Origin: Octopus vulgaris
Taxonomy: Eukaryota
Length of the DNA: 64,000 nt
Assembly: GCA_951406725.2 (NCBI GenBank)
Contig: OX597816.1
Location: 131,254,001-131,318,000 of the forward strand
Direction of reading: 5' to 3'
Shown: positions 1 through 14,152 of the stretch, in pieces
How positions within the stretch are numbered: the stretch's first letter is position 1
How the letters are laid out: each line of letters starts with the position of its first letter
Notes under the pieces: generated by a model
The model's database searches: none
What the model was told of the DNA's origin: nothing
The model's input: only the letters and a program-made list of their open reading frames with translations
Made by a program: the position numbers and the translations under genes

Positions 1-26
1 TGTTTTGCATTGCTTGATGTACATTC

Positions 27-90
27 TATTCAGCTATAAAATAGGTGTGGAACAAGTCTGTTCAGCTATAAAATAGGTGTGGAATAAGCC
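27..90 (+). repeat. 32-bp tandem duplication
   Basis: ttcagctataaaataggtgtggaa occurs twice, 32 bp apart. Confidence 0.85.
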
Positions 91-610
91 ATGGTAAAGA
101 GAGTTAAATGTCATGTACAAGGCAAAAAAACATTGCTATATTGAAGCAGAGAATGAGAGAACTTTTACAGTCACTTAAACCACACCTTAGGATCTTGAAA
201 AAAAAAAAAAAAGGTATACATTGAATAATCTTTAATAATAAATTCAACAGAGCAATAATGTAAAAAATAAACAGGAAATGAATGTTAAGGAAAAAATGTT
301 CTGATTAGAAAAATAACATTTTATAGATTTCTACCACATGTATAATCTAGTGGAGTTAGAAATATTGATTTCAAATTTTGGCCCAAGGTCAGCAAGTTTT
401 GGGGTTGGGGTAAACTGATATCAACCCAGTGCTCAACTGGTACTTATTTTATCAACTCCAAAATACTGAAAGGCAAAGTTGATCTCAGCAGAATTTGAAC
501 TGAGAATGTAAAGATGGATAAAATGCCACATAGTATTTTGCCCAGCCTTCTGGAGTTGAGTTAGAAATATTAATAGGAAAATATACACAAGCATGCACAT
601 ATATATATAT

Positions 611-797
611 CATCATCATCATCGTTTAACGTCTGTTCTCCATGCTAGCATGGGTTGGACGGTTCGACCGGGGATCTGGAAGCCAGAAGGCTGCACCGGG
701 CTCCAGTCTTATCTGGCAATGTTTCTACAGCTGGATGCCCTTACTAACGCCAACCACTCCGTGAGTGTAGTGGGTGCTTTTTACGTGCCACCTGCAC
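611..797 (-). mobile_element. RTE LINE 3'-end fragment
   Basis: Closely matches 61790-61966, with the (CAT)n tail. Confidence 0.85.
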
Positions 798-1624
798 ATA
801 TATATATAGCTGTGTAAATCTATGTGGTGTGTGTGTGCATTTTGTGTATGCATATATATGCACACAATGGCCATAATGTAACAATCACTATAGTGTACTA
901 ATGTTCTACAGACTAATCATAATAGCAATAGAGTACCAGTGATACCCTTGTTTTTCATCTATATCATCAATTATAACAGAAAAATTATCTTTATCAATAC
1001 ATTCAAGTTTTACATCACAACTGGACATGCATACACATAATCATTACAAACCACTGTATGTTTTGATCATACAGTCTTATCAACCTTCATAATGACTAAC
1101 AAGCGATCCTGTTAGCCATTCAAGTGTATAAGTCAACAAGTAACGATTCACTAGTTCATTACTTCAGTAATATATATATATTTTAGATGCCCTTCATAAA
1201 AGATCACATGCATATTCTATATCGATGTGACCTTTCATTAATATACCAGCACTTACTTATAGATACAAACACTACACAGTGAGTCATTTTTTCTTTGCTT
1301 GTACACATAAATACATGTATGCATACATACACATCTGAAGTAATTCAAATCACAACAACGATACATTTGTTATACATATTTTTAAGTGTATAAACTCTAT
1401 CATACACTTAAAAATGATAATTCAAACTAAGAAATTCCTAATATGAAAACACATGAAATTAGCAAATTAGAAATGTAAACAAGCATTATCTCCAAATTAT
1501 TGTATTTATTAAATACAGAATTTTAACAGTTCTGTATTTAATAGATACATTACCACAACATAGTCAATTTTATAAGTCAATTTGAAGAGCTAATGAGAAG
1601 GAAATAATGAAAATTTACACTTAC

Positions 1625-1768
1625 TTGTTCAAGCTTCTTGTTAGAGAACCTGTGTCTTCAGGATGTTTCAACAACTGTAGCAGGTAAGGAATACAGCCAG
1701 AATTGTTAAAGCCAATCACAGTATGAATCAATTCATCATAAGACAAACCACAATAATACATCTTCCGT
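1625..1768 (-). CDS. TTC14: TTC14 coding exon 8; gene continues left of the window (TPR exons not seen)
   Basis: tttcag|A-RKMYYCGLSYDELIHTVIGFNNSGCIPYLLQLLKHPEDTGSLTRSLN-AA|gtaagt; aligns with TTC14 [22 protein letters not shown]...SLMRGL; phases 2/2. Confidence 0.9.
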
Positions 1769-2400
1769 CTGAAATACAATAATCATAATGTAGGAACCAC
1801 TATGGTGTAAAAATGTTTTACAGGGTAATATTAAATCTAATAGAGTGCTACTGATATTCTCTGGTGGATAATGGAATGATAGAGATTACTTGTTTCTAGC
1901 AAGTCAAATGATTGTTTCTTCATGTCAAAAACATTTTTAACTACACCTGGCATAACAATTCATTAGTAAAGCAACCACACTATAAACTCTGCTTTTCATT
2001 AACCATCTGGATTAGAAGTTACTTGAAACTTTGACTTTGTACTGTTGATGGCAATTTTAAAATGTTGACAGGATAGAAAACATATTCTTAATATCACAAC
2101 AAAAGTATATCATTTTGTTCTGTTATTTTAATCCTTTCATGGTGAAATTAAATTTTATAGTTATTTCAGTAATAACGTTAAATATCTGCCAAGAAATAGA
2201 ATTGGTGTCTTCTGGAAGTCATGTTGTTACAATAAACTTGATATATCTCAACAGAAAGTACTTTCAAACATGACATTCCTTAACAAAAGATAGATTGGTA
2301 TATAAAACAGCTTTCCACAGTTATGAAATTTTGAGTGGAAGTATTTGCTGTCTGCAGTAAAATGACTTTAAAAAACCCACAAAACAAAATAAAATGAAAC

Positions 2401-2438
2401 CTGTAGTGAACTGGTAAATCTTCTGTCGTAATAAGGCC
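2401..2438 (-). CDS. TTC14: TTC14 coding exon 7 (38 nt)
   Basis: poly-T-cag|GLITTEDLPVHY-AG|gtttca; matches TTC14 GVISSEELPLYYR; phases 0/2. Confidence 0.88.
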
Positions 2439-3147
2439 CTGAAAAAAAAAATTGGACAAATTTATATCAAAGAGAAATCAAGAAATTAGAGAGAAAATTT
2501 TCAATTCCAAAAACAATACCTTACACTTACATATAATAACACTGCAACAGAATTTATACTTTACTTTTGTCTTTGGTCAGTAAATGTTATTTCCTATTTG
2601 CTTCAGTCTAGAAATCAAAGGAAATGACTACTATTCCCTTCAAACTTTGCTTTTGTAACCTGGACATCAATGTTTTGAAACTGACCTATTTTCCATTACA
2701 TTTCAGACAGATTCAGTACTGAGTTGCTGAAGCAGAAATATTGTTATAGCAAATATTTTGGTCAATACCACAGATTTGCTTGTTAGTTTCTTGACCATAA
2801 CCACTTGAGCATGTCTCTTAGTGGACCACAGTATGTGCATCACTGAGTAGTGGGGGAGAGCTTACAGCCATATGTTGAGAAGAATTCTTCAACATTTGAA
2901 TAAATGTATTAAAAAAATACAAATTTTGAAGAAAATATTAGCTATTTGTTGTAGTTTCTAGGGGTAAGGAAATAACAATTGCTACCCAAGAACAAAAATT
3001 GTGTTACACAGTGTAAGTAGAATTTTAATTTCCAGATGTGGGCCCATGCATTTCCACAATAAAATTGGATCTATTTCCTTCAAGTTAACATACTTAACAC
3101 AGCAATGATGCATTAGAGAATGAGTAAGGATACAGAGAGCAACTTAC

Positions 3148-3242
3148 CAGCTTAGGAAAAGGGTAATTCTCAGTTGAAAGGTACTTATCAAGCATAGATA
3201 TCAAGATTTTCTTATTTTCACGGTTGACATTAACAACTACAC
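3148..3242 (-). CDS. TTC14: TTC14 coding exon 6
   Basis: tttcag|(G)VVVNVNRENKKILISMLDKYLSTENYPFPKL|gtaagt; end of the S1-like fold; phases 1/0. Confidence 0.9.
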
Positions 3243-3411
3243 CTGAAATAAACACCATAACATCCATACAGCCTGTACATAATCACTTGACTTGCTACAA
3301 ATATTAGTTAAATCTCATTCAAATCACTTAAAAACCATCTTTAAAAAAATAAAGTTGTCCTAGGACTACTTTATGTCAAAAACAAAAAAATGAAGACAGT
3401 TTTAAGACATA

Positions 3412-3577
3412 GGCATAGGAGTGGCTGTGTGGTAAGTAGCTTGCTTACCAATATGGTTCCAGGTTCAATCCCACTACGTGGCACCTTGGGCAAGTGTCTT
3501 CTACTATAGCCTCAGGCTGACCAAAGCCTTGTGAGTGGATTTGGGAGACGGAAACTGAAAGAAGCCCATCGTATATA

Positions 3578-3620
<43 letters not shown>

Positions 3621-3848
3621 ATATGTTTGTGTGTCTGTGTTTGTCCCCCTAGCATTGCTTGACAACCAATGCTGGTGTGTTTACATCCCCGTAACTTAGC
3701 GGTTCGGCAAAAGAGACCAATAGAATAAGTACTAGGCTTACAAAAGAATAAGTCCTGGGGTCGATTTGCTCGACTAAAGGTGGTGCTCCAGCAAGGCCAC
3801 AGTCAAATGACTGAAACAAGTAAAAGAGTAAAAGAGAGTAAGAAGAGT
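3412..3848 (+). mobile_element. tRNA-derived SINE, full length (major family)
   Basis: A-box TGGCTGTGTGG, B-box GGTTCAATCCC, central ggcaccttgggcaagtgtctt block, internal (TA)n(TG)n and a (GTAAAAGA)n-like tail; many copies in the window. Confidence 0.88.
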
Positions 3849-5430
3849 TACAGCCAGAACAACTTCATCAATCTATTTGATCAGGACTGACCTGGATTTA
3901 AACAAAAACACACTCTAATAGGTTAATGATATCATCAACCATGTAATCAAACAAACTGCAATACTGCTCACAATTTGGGACAATGCTGCTGTTGCTGCTA
4001 CATTCACAACATTTTAGGCTATATCCAGAAGAAGAGCGTCTGACTAATTTTCAAAAATTCACCTGTCAATATACACCAACCACTAGCACATGGATATGAT
4101 GTTGCTTACTGCACTTTTTATTATTTCTGAAATGGCCACTGCTTCACTGAACTAGCTAACTTCAGGCTTCCTTCAGTTTCCATATACTGAATGTATTCAC
4201 AAGGCTTTTTCAAGAAGGCTTTTGCTCAAAGATATAATAGGAGGCAATTGCCCAAGGCACCACATGGTAGGATTGAACCTGAAGCCACATAGCTGAGAAT
4301 TGAATTTCTTAACCACCCTGGTATGCCTGCATCACACCACACACCATTATCCACATACCCTCACGCAATCTTCAATAGTATCACCACACATACCACTATA
4401 TGAACAGTCACACACACACACACAGTTTAACTCAGTATATACACCTCAAACTATCATGCACACTCCTGCATCCACACAAGTACATAAAACCTGAACACAG
4501 ACAATATATACACACACACATGCAACACGAATAGACAAAGATAACTTTCACCAACAAACATACACTATAAACATGCACACTATTTCATCACATACATACA
4601 TACATACATATGTACACACACCACCTGAACAAGCACACACACACACACACACGCGCACATACATTAGACTCACCCACTCCCACATACACACGCACACGTA
4701 CATTAGACTCACTCGCCCCCATTCACACATACACACCATTCTCACATGCACACACATGCTTGTGCACCTTAGTTCGTTGGAGTCACCATTACCTTTACCA
4801 GTATTATTATTATCTCCCTTTCATTCAACCTCTTTTTTTCCAGTCATCTTACCATGTTGGACTATGCACTTTTTCTCTCTCTCTGTTTTTTCTTTCTCTC
4901 TCCATTTTTTCCTTCTTAATCCTTTCTATTGAAGAGTATGGGCTTGAAACATAAAAGACTTTTCCGTTTTTCCTGAGTGTTAAACTAATACACCTGCTTG
5001 TTGTTCCTACACCTGTCTTCATCTTTTGTTTTCTATAAATTTGAACTATATATATCATCATCATCATCACCATCATTTAACGTCTGTCTTCCATGCTAGC
5101 ATGGTGGATACATGAGTTAATTTTGGTATTCTTTAGGCTTGACTATTAGGTTAAAAAGAAAGACTCCAGCTTATCTCCCTATACTTGCTTTGCAATACAG
5201 ACATTTCTTTACTTTTAAGCATTCATCTGCTTATCACACATTCACGTTTTTGCAACACTTCTTCATACTTTCATACTCAAAGGAGGAAACAATTTTAGAC
5301 ATTAAATGTGCAAACATGCAGCTTAAAAGATTGATATAAAGTGGTGATATAAAGAAGAGTATTAATAAAAAGTCACTGAGATATGGAAGAGATATGTTAA
5401 AACCTAACAAGATATGGCATTGATACCTAC

Positions 5431-5515
5431 CTCGTACTTTATCATTGACTTGAAATGCTTCGATAGGATTTGAATAGTTGTAATGCCGAGGCAATTCTTT
5501 GCAATGACAGAAAGC
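5431..5515 (-). CDS. TTC14: TTC14 coding exon 5
   Basis: catag|AFCHCKELPRHYNYSNPIEAFQVNDKVR-G|gtaggt; aligns with TTC14 ALCPLRDVP...DPLSYYQTGDIIR; phases 0/1. Confidence 0.9.
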
Positions 5516-5749
5516 CTATGAAAGAACAGAAATAGGTTTGAGAAGAAATGGAAATTACTGTGTGATACAGAGAATACTTTAAACCATTTTGATATCAACC
5601 TGCATGAGACAGCCCCTTGTTTTATGATACAAATACTGTTTTAAGGCAATCTAAATTAAAACCTTCCATCAATATATCATGTTAACATAAGTTGCAAACA
5701 TTATCTTAATAATCCTTATTATAGGCACATCATCATTATCATCATCATA

Positions 5750-6135
5750 TCATCATCATTTAATGTCCGTTGTCCATGCTGGCATAGGTTGGATGGTTTG
5801 GCTTGGCTGGGCTGGTATGCTGGAAGGCTGCACCAGACTCATCTGATTTGGCAGTTTTCTATGGCTGGATGCCTTTCCTAACGCCAACCATGGGTGCATT
5901 TACATGCCACCAGCACAGGTGCCATTTGCATGACACTGGGGTGCATATATATGCCACCCGCACAGGTGCCAATTTGCATGACAGCAGTATCTGCCACAAC
6001 TGCAATTTTGCTTGGCTTGATGGCTTTTCTTCTCAAGCACAACATAATGCCAAAGATCTTGGTCGTTGTCTCCATGAAACCCAACACTTGAGAGGAACTC
6101 AGCCACTTTGCCTCTGTGAGACCCAACGCTCAGAA
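5750..6135 (-). mobile_element. RTE LINE 3' UTR fragment nested in a piggyBac-like MITE
   Basis: Same tail and GTGCCAC repeats as 61775-62340. Confidence 0.75.
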
Positions 6136-8832
6136 GAAATATATATACACACACATATACACACACACACATATATATACAAGTGTATATAGACATACAC
6201 ATATATACATATATATATAATTAAGAAAATGGAGAGATTTAATGGATATAAATCAATTTATTAAAAATGTTAATAATTTATATTCATATGAGCTGAAACT
6301 AGAATCAATCAATCAATCAATATGAATTGGGATGTGGGGGTGGGGGTTAGCTGATTAAATTGACTCCTGTGTTCAACTGGTACTTGTTTCATCAACCCTG
6401 AAAGAATGAAAGGTAAAGTCAACATCGGTGGAATTTGAATTCAGAACATAAAGATGGACAAAATGCTTAGCAGTATTCTGTCCAGCATGCTAATGGTTCT
6501 GCCAAGTGACCATCTTAAACACCAGCTCAATAATGATTGTTATTTTACTAAATTCTTCATTTTCCCAAAATTAATTAAAAAAACAAGCAGTGTATCTCAA
6601 CAGAAATATAGTAATGAAAGGGTTAAGTTGATTTTGACATTTAACCCTTTAGCATTCACATTATTCTATCAAAAGTAACGCTTGTTTATTCAAATTGTTT
6701 TGGAGTAATCATACATTAGCTTGAAGCTTTGAGATTTTGATGATGTGATTATTTATTTTAAAATGACATTGTAGGGAAGGTATGAGAGGCCAGATCTAGC
6801 CAATATGAACATAAATCAAGTTGAATATTTGGGCCAGATATGGCCAGTTTAAATATCAAAGGGTAATTATGTTTTTTTTTATATATAATTATCTTTCCTT
6901 TCTGTTGTTCCACATAGTTGAATAAATATCAGTATCAACATAGAAAGAGGTAACAATGATAGAAAAACTACAATCTCTTATTTGATGCTCTATTATATAC
7001 GATTTGAGACCTCCACTATTTTTGGCTCAGTTATTGTCCAGGCTGATCCCTCTTAAAACAATAAGAATCAGTAATATAGTAACTATATTAAACTAGCTAT
7101 GCTCATCCTTCACAAAAATAATTAGTTCTGCACCAACACAAAAGAAATCAATATCATCAAAAAAACTGATAGGCATTTGGCAATTTGACTGCCTTCCCTA
7201 ATATGTATTATTAATTAAGAAAAACTGAGGAAAACAACATATTAGGCTACCTGCCACAATCAACCTACCAGAAAATACGTCTTTATCCATTCATAAAATA
7301 CTAGCTCTAAACAATTGATATAAATGTCTGAATTCACAAACAATACAAGATGGCTAAAGATGATCTATTTTCACTACATAATATTGTTTTCTTCTTTTAG
7401 GATGAAATTCAGCTATGTATGTTACATTTTCAGTGATGATAGACAATTTTGATCATGATTAATATATTTTGATGATGACCATGATTATGACAATGGTATT
7501 CTTGATCACAATCCCCATTGTAGCTTGGTATGGCTGAAAGAAACATTTAACTATATCAGTATGACAATATATTTTTCATAATGCTAAAATATCAAAATAC
7601 ATTTCACATAAAACACTAGCAGACATATAATTCTTACACTTCTAATTCTTTACAATTCCAATTCAACTGAAAACATGAAGAAGTAAATGACCTATACAGA
7701 TTATGCATGGATAACTGAGCTGAATGACAAAGTTAAATACTAACACAAGATAGGTTTTGTGATATCATGTTGATCTTGGAACTATCCATTTTCAAATTAA
7801 CTCACATAATCTTTTAATATAATTTATCAACTTGAAAAAAAAAAAACATTTCCAACATGGGGATGTGTGATAAAATATTTTGAGAATGAAATTCCAAGCA
7901 AACAACTCTAAATATACAAAGATTTTATAGTAAAGGAAGTCATCCTCTTATATCGTTGTCGTCATCATTGTCATCATTTTATCATTTTAATGACCACTTT
8001 TCTATGTTTGCATGGGTTGGAAGGAATTTGTTGAGGCAGATATTCTTCATGTTGTTAACCTTCAGCTGTTTTCAAGTAAGATAATATTTCCCAATGGCTA
8101 GGCATGTTTTCACAGAAGACTGGGAATAAAGGTCACTACTAAATGATAGTGAAGCTTACAACAATCACACAATGTCAAAATAAAGGGACACTAACTCTCT
8201 CTCTTTCTCACACACACACACACAACAGGCTTCTTTCAGTTCCTGTCGATCAAATTTACTTGCAAGGCTTTGGTTCACCCAGGGTCATAGTAGATGACAC
8301 TTGTCCAAGGTGTCATGCAAAAGGGCTGAACCTAGAACCAAGTAGTTGTAAAACAAGCTTCTTAACCACACAGCTACACCTGTACATGGAAATTTGTTGA
8401 AAAAACTAAAACAATACCAGCTCAGATGAGTTATCAAATCACCAATGACAATAATGTGATATAGACTTATGCACCTTTTAAAGAATATTTATAAATAGGT
8501 ATGATAAATATCTTTCCTGAAAACAAGAGGAATTCATGAAGTAAATGCTTAGCTTTAGAGATAAATGAATAAGAAATAACTGTTCTCCTGAGTATGATAC
8601 CAATGTAGCATATATAAGATACACATTTCTAGGTAAATTGGGGAAGACAAAATTAAGTGTTCTTCTCAGTAAAGCATTGACAAAACACTAATAACAAATA
8701 TAAACTACAAAACCAAGATTTAAAAAGATAGATATGTTTTGAACCGAATTAGGAATTGGGCAAAAAGGAAAAAGCAAAATGGTTGCAGTCTGAATTAAAA
8801 GTTTCAGTACGAATGTAATGTAGGTTACTTAC

Positions 8833-8955
8833 AGTAACTTTTAAATGGTCAATATCTCTTGCTTTAACACCATCCATACAAAGCAAGGTAATGATAATTC
8901 CATTATCAATTATTGAGGTTACGCTGCCAATAAGAATATCCTTCCTTTCCACACT
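8833..8955 (-). CDS. TTC14: TTC14 coding exon 4 (start of S1-like domain)
   Basis: tttcag|SVERKDILIGSVTSIIDNGIIITLLCMDGVKARDIDHLKVT|gtaagt; matches TTC14 IERGDIVIGRISSI...RDIAHLEIT; 123 nt, phases 0/0. Confidence 0.94.
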
Positions 8956-9099
8956 CTGAAACAAATCACAAATAATTTGCATGAACAAACACAGACACAT
9001 TGCAAAGTTCTTTTTTAGTCATTTCTTTATGTGAGAAAGAGCAAATGCAAATAATATTATAATAATAATAATGATGATGATGATGATAGTAATAATAGT

Positions 9100-9520
9100 T
9101 ATCATCATCATCATAACATCCACTTTTCCATGTTTGCAAGGGTTGGATGAAATTTGTTGAGACAGATGCCCTTCCTATTGCCAACCATTACCCGTTTCCA
9201 AGCAAAATAATATTTCCTCATGGCCACACATGTCTCAGAAAATTGGAAATGAAGGACACCACTTGCATGGCAATGACACTTGCTTACAACTATTATGTAA
9301 TGACAAAGCAAGAAGAAAGTGACATACACACATACATGTATGTATGTGCATATGTGTGTGTGTGTGTGACGGTCTTCTTTCAGTTTCTGTCTACCAAATT
9401 CACTCATAAAGCTTTGGTCAGCCTGGGGTTATAGTAGAAGACACTTGCCCAAAGGGCCATGCAGTAGGACTGAACCCAGAATCATGTGGTCAGGAAGCAA
9501 ACTTCTTTCCACACAGTAAT
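9100..9520 (-). mobile_element. Chimeric SINE: same tRNA head but RTE-LINE-derived 3' tail (also ~7960-8385, 21350-21665, 41355-41610, 53522-53965, 55280-55650)
   Basis: The head matches the major SINE; the 3' part has gatgcccttcc...ccacttttccatgcttgc and (CAT)n as in the RTE tail. Confidence 0.75.
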
Positions 9521-10090
9521 GCCCTATCACTGAATTTTTGCTAAATCTGTCATTAAATTTGATGAGAAACAGTGTAATATTATAACTTTAAAAAAAGTAT
9601 TAAAAAAAACAGTAATTTTCAGCTCTAGCTGGTCTTCAATTTGTGATGATATTTGTAACAATATCCAAGACAGGAACAAGGCAACACAACATTGAGGAAG
9701 GATGTCTATTTGAGTTAATCATCCCCAATACTTGATTGATATTTATTTTATCAAACCTAGAAAGATGAAGGGCAAAGTCAGACTTGATTAGATTTGAATT
9801 CAGAACATAATCCCAGAGGAATGAAAGACAAAGCTGACCTTGAAGGGATTTGAACTTTGAATATAAAGAAAGCAAAACATTTTGTCTGATGCTTCAACAA
9901 TTCTACTAATTCAATTAGGCACAAGGCACAAATTTTAGAGGAGTGGACAATTGATGAAATCAACCCTAGTATTGTTACTTGATACCATTACTTTTACTTG
10001 TTTTATCAACACTAGAAGAATTAAAATTGGTTGCTCTCAGCATGATTTCAATATAGAATGTAAAAGAACATTTTACTATATTATGCATAC

Positions 10091-10167
10091 CTGATAGAAA
10101 TGTTCCTTGCTATCCTCGGGAGGTAACCCCATGAATGACTCCACAGGAGGAAGTATTGAATAGAAGT
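10091..10167 (-). CDS. TTC14: TTC14 coding exon 3
   Basis: tttcag|(D)FYSILPPVESFMGLPPEDSKEHFYQ|gtatgc; matches TTC14 YAIMPPLEQFM; phases 1/0. Confidence 0.93.
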
Positions 10168-10647
10168 CTGAAAATACAAAAGAAAATAAATCCAATAAAA
10201 TACTATAACTAAAAGTGAACAAACATACGATTATGTAGATAACAATTATATTTCTACTTATGAGACAAGTTATAAGCCTTTTTATGAGATAAATCATATT
10301 TCTAGATATTCATACAGTATTCAGATTAAGGGCCAATAAAGAGAGGAGTAAGAAGGGCATGAAAGTAGCATCTTTCTGTTCCTCACATTTCCTCTTCATA
10401 CACTATGATTGTCTCCCACTCTCATTCCCTGCTCTCACTGCCCTGCTCACTGTATTGCTGCTTTCACCCACCCTATCTTTATACCCAGGTTTTTGCCAGT
10501 TACTACAATCCCCATTTCTGGGTAATATTTGACTGCGTATATTATGACCTTCATACCTTGAGGGCATGCCCTGGCAATTGCCACCATTTATCTCTCTCTT
10601 CCTTACTCTACCATCACATCTATGCTTTGATCCTTGTTACTTATGAG

Positions 10648-13276
10648 CAGGGTTGCCACTCATCACATAATAAAACACCCAGAATAATTGATGCATAAAA
10701 CCCAGATCCTATATTATAAACCCAGATGTTAGAAAATAGATATATAATTGGCAATTTAATGATAAAATATGTTATGTGACAAAATGAATACAGAATTTAA
10801 TACTTATTTTATATCATATGGCAGCTAATTTGTCAATTTGTCTTATCCACATTATCTTCATTCACTCCTTGAAAGGTGATAGACTCATTTTCATCCTTTT
10901 TTAATAAGTTTAGCATTCAGCTCCCAAGAAATGCATGATGCTCCCTTTCTTGTAATTACTTGTTTAGCGAGTAGACAACAAGTGATCGTTTTGGCCTTCA
11001 ACCTACTAATGAACTTTGTCATTGTGCAATTTACTCGGGAAAATATGCACTCTACACACGCTGATGAATGCGGTAACACTGTCAAATTAGTCATGAATTG
11101 TGACAGCCTCTCAAATTTAGTGTGGTCAAGCCCGTCTTTAAGATTGCATACCAGAATTCAGGGATGCTTTTTGAGGAAACAAGAATATCTTTATATTGCC
11201 GAAATAATCTCCACTCATCATCTGGTTCATCAAGTGTGTTTTCTGGTGCAATTACTGGAAAGTTTGATGCCAAGGGAATTATCAACTGAGAAGAGTTAGT
11301 GAAATCGTGCGCTACTTTTGGATCGAGTATTTCTAAGAGGGCAAACACTCCAGCTTCATCAAGAGGAAAATGCATTTTTATTTGAGAGCATAATTCTATT
11401 AAAAAAATTTTGCAATCAGTTTTGAGTCTAGCTGAGTCACCAATGATGGGGTTTTGTTCCAGATATCTTATTGCACATCCACTGAGGTAAATATCACTCA
11501 TATCTTTGTAATTTGTTGTGTTATTAAGATCAATATCTGATAATTTAGATACAGCTAAAACATTCTTTTTTATAAAGTAACTAAGGATATCTTTATATTC
11601 ACTGGATACAAGTGTATGCAACAGATGCAGTCAAAAGTGTTCTGATTGAAACACAACATTAAGAGCATTTACTTTCTTTAATATATAATGTAAGAAGAGC
11701 AGCATGTGCTTTGTCCCTGTGTTAATCATTGTTTCTTAGATCCTTTTTGCTCTGTCTGCTTTTTCTACTTTAGCCTCTGACTGAAAATAAAGTACAAAGG
11801 CATCCCACTGTTCTATTATAACGTCAATTACATTTTCATGCGACAACCATCTAGTTTGCAAAAGCTTTGTTTCTTTTGTGTCAACAACACTTTGTATTAT
11901 ATTGAAGTCATTTTGACATTTGCTACTTCGAGAAAAGTAAAAAGTTAAGTCCTTTAAAAAGGACTCGAGATACGAAGGTAACACCTTCACTACATGACTT
12001 GAACAAAGTGCAAACGAATGGCAAATGCAGCCTGTTGTAAATACAGTTGGAATATCATTTCTCAATAGCTTTTGAAACCTATTCTTGTTACCCATCATTG
12101 TTGAACAATTATCACTGGCAAATCCAAGTATGTTGCTCATAAATAAATCTTCTTTTGTAAATGTAGACTTGACAGCATCGTACAAACTCTGAGATAAACC
12201 ATTTTCTACTACAACTGCATCCAGAAGAGCATCCTTGACATTAAGCGATTGTTCATCAAAAAAGCAGACAACTATTGCTAAGATTTGTGTCACTGAGATG
12301 TCCGTACACTCATCTATCGATAAAGAAAACTTTTGTTTCTTGAGAATTTCCAAGATTTCATTTTGTTCATAATGTGCAATTCCATCTTGCATAATGTATG
12401 TTATTTTTGTTTTTTCATTTGTAGATTTTTAACTATTTCATTATCGAGAAAGGCCTTTTTACAAATTTCAACTAAGTGATTTATATGGATGAAAGATACG
12501 TGATGCTCAGCAACATAACCTGTTAGTAGCAAGTCTGCCTGAGCTACTTTTTCATTTAATGTATCATGTTTTATTTAACAATAAATGAATCTAATTTAAT
12601 AGCAGATTTCACACAATCAAAAGCTTTCGTGTGTTTGGCAGTGTTTTTATGAGCTAACAGCATTGATTTGTTTGCATTTTTCAATACAACATAGCAGCAA
12701 ACACTGTAGCAGATGTCAGGACTTTTATCTTCTTGCCATAACCAATCTTTAAGCTCAGCATCCTCCAACACGACTTCTTGAAATTTTAGGCATATCACTT
12801 CCTCTTTTTGGACACACTATTGTCTGCCATTACTTCGTAAAGGGTTACAAAACAAAAACACTCACGCAAAATGTTGTTAAACAAATTTTAAATTGCGCGT
12901 AACAATCGAAGTGTACACCGTCAACACAGTCAAGCTGTCAACTAGTGGTGTCAGAGTTTCAGACAAGTGTACAAGCAGTCACCAACACGAAACTTGTAGT
13001 TAACCAGTATGATACAAGTATAAACAAATAATGAATGCGTATGATCAGTAATTACATCACATACAATATTTGTATCAATAAATTCAATACATGAGATGAT
13101 TATGGATGGTATATAGAAAGTTTAAAAAGTATTAGAAGAGGTGCAATTTTGGTACATATTGCATGCAAAGAGTATGACACCAAATTCTCTTTAAAAGATA
13201 CGTTTGCAGCCAAAACTAACATAAAATCCCAGATTTAATGTAAATTTGGAAATTAAAACCCATAAAACCAGCACTG
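10648..13276 (-). mobile_element. hAT-superfamily DNA transposon, near full length, in a TTC14 intron
   Basis: 8-bp TSD cttatgag (10640-10647) / cttgtgag (13277-13284). Imperfect TIRs CAGGGTTGC / CAGTGCTGG (rc). Subterminal AAA(A/T)CCCAGA repeats at both ends and internal transposase fragments. Confidence 0.88.
10891..12830 (-). pseudogene. Disrupted hAT transposase (ZNF862/DUF4371-like, hATC dimerisation domain)
   Basis: Four collinear ORF pieces carry WL..C..C..H..T.KH (Zn finger), FSLSIDECTD, GFASDNCSTMMG, CICHSFAL, TRWLS and PHSSACVECIFS, broken by stops and frameshifts. Confidence 0.88.
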
Positions 13277-14152
13277 CTTGTGAGTATACCCTGGCACTTC
13301 ACCACCATCTCTCTCCTGCTCTCTCTTGTACTTCTGCTGTTTCCCATTCTTTCTCTTTCCCTTACTCTTCTTTCTGGCTGGGTAACCATGTATCTCCTCT
13401 TTCTGCCTTCATTCTTGATCTCTCTCTCTCCTCTTGCTCTTCCTTCTGACTAGGTAACCTAGTATCTTCTTTACATCATCACATTTGTTTCTGTCCTCTT
13501 TCTTGTATATCTCTCTCTCCGCTCTCTCAGTCTCTCTCTCTCTCTCCCTGTTTCAGCTTCTCTATTTCTTATTTCTTTATTGCCCACAAGGGGCTAAACA
13601 CAGAGGGGACAAACAAGGACAGACAAATGGATTAAGTTGATTAGATCGATCCCAGTGAGGCCTGAAACTGGTACTTATTATATTGACCCAGGCAAAATTT
13701 GAATTCAAAATGTAAAGCCAGAAGAAATGGTGCTAAACATTTTGTCCAGTGTGTCAACCATTCTGTCAGCTCACCGTCTTATTAGGAAACAAGAATATTC
13801 TTTTTTGTTGTTTATCTAGAGAGACAAGGCAATCCAGCTCACAGACTGAAAATCTCTCTCAGATAGAAAGGAAAAAAAGATTTGGAGAGTTCAGTGTTTG
13901 GAGTTATTAGTATTTTTAATACAGGGTTTATAATAAGTGAAAAGAAGTTACTATTTTTAAGAATGAGACTGAAGAAGAAAATGATTTTTTTTAAAATGCA
14001 GAAATTTTATAGGAAGCCATATATGGAACTGAAGTTCATTTTACAAAGAAGTATTTTATTACCATTCATATGTAACTATTTTTTGTTTTATTAACTGTGT
14101 GAGAAAATGAAATTTATGTAGTAGGAAAGATTGAATCAATAAAATAACTTAC

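Noticed and set aside
3412-3490. tRNA gene
   Set aside because: The A/B boxes belong to a multi-copy SINE head; no proper cloverleaf.
4300-4954. Overlapping His/Thr- and Cys/Val-rich ORFs (likewise 42591-43257, 49755-50445, 36399-36830)
   Set aside because: These are translations of (CA)n/(TA)n/(CT)n low-complexity DNA.
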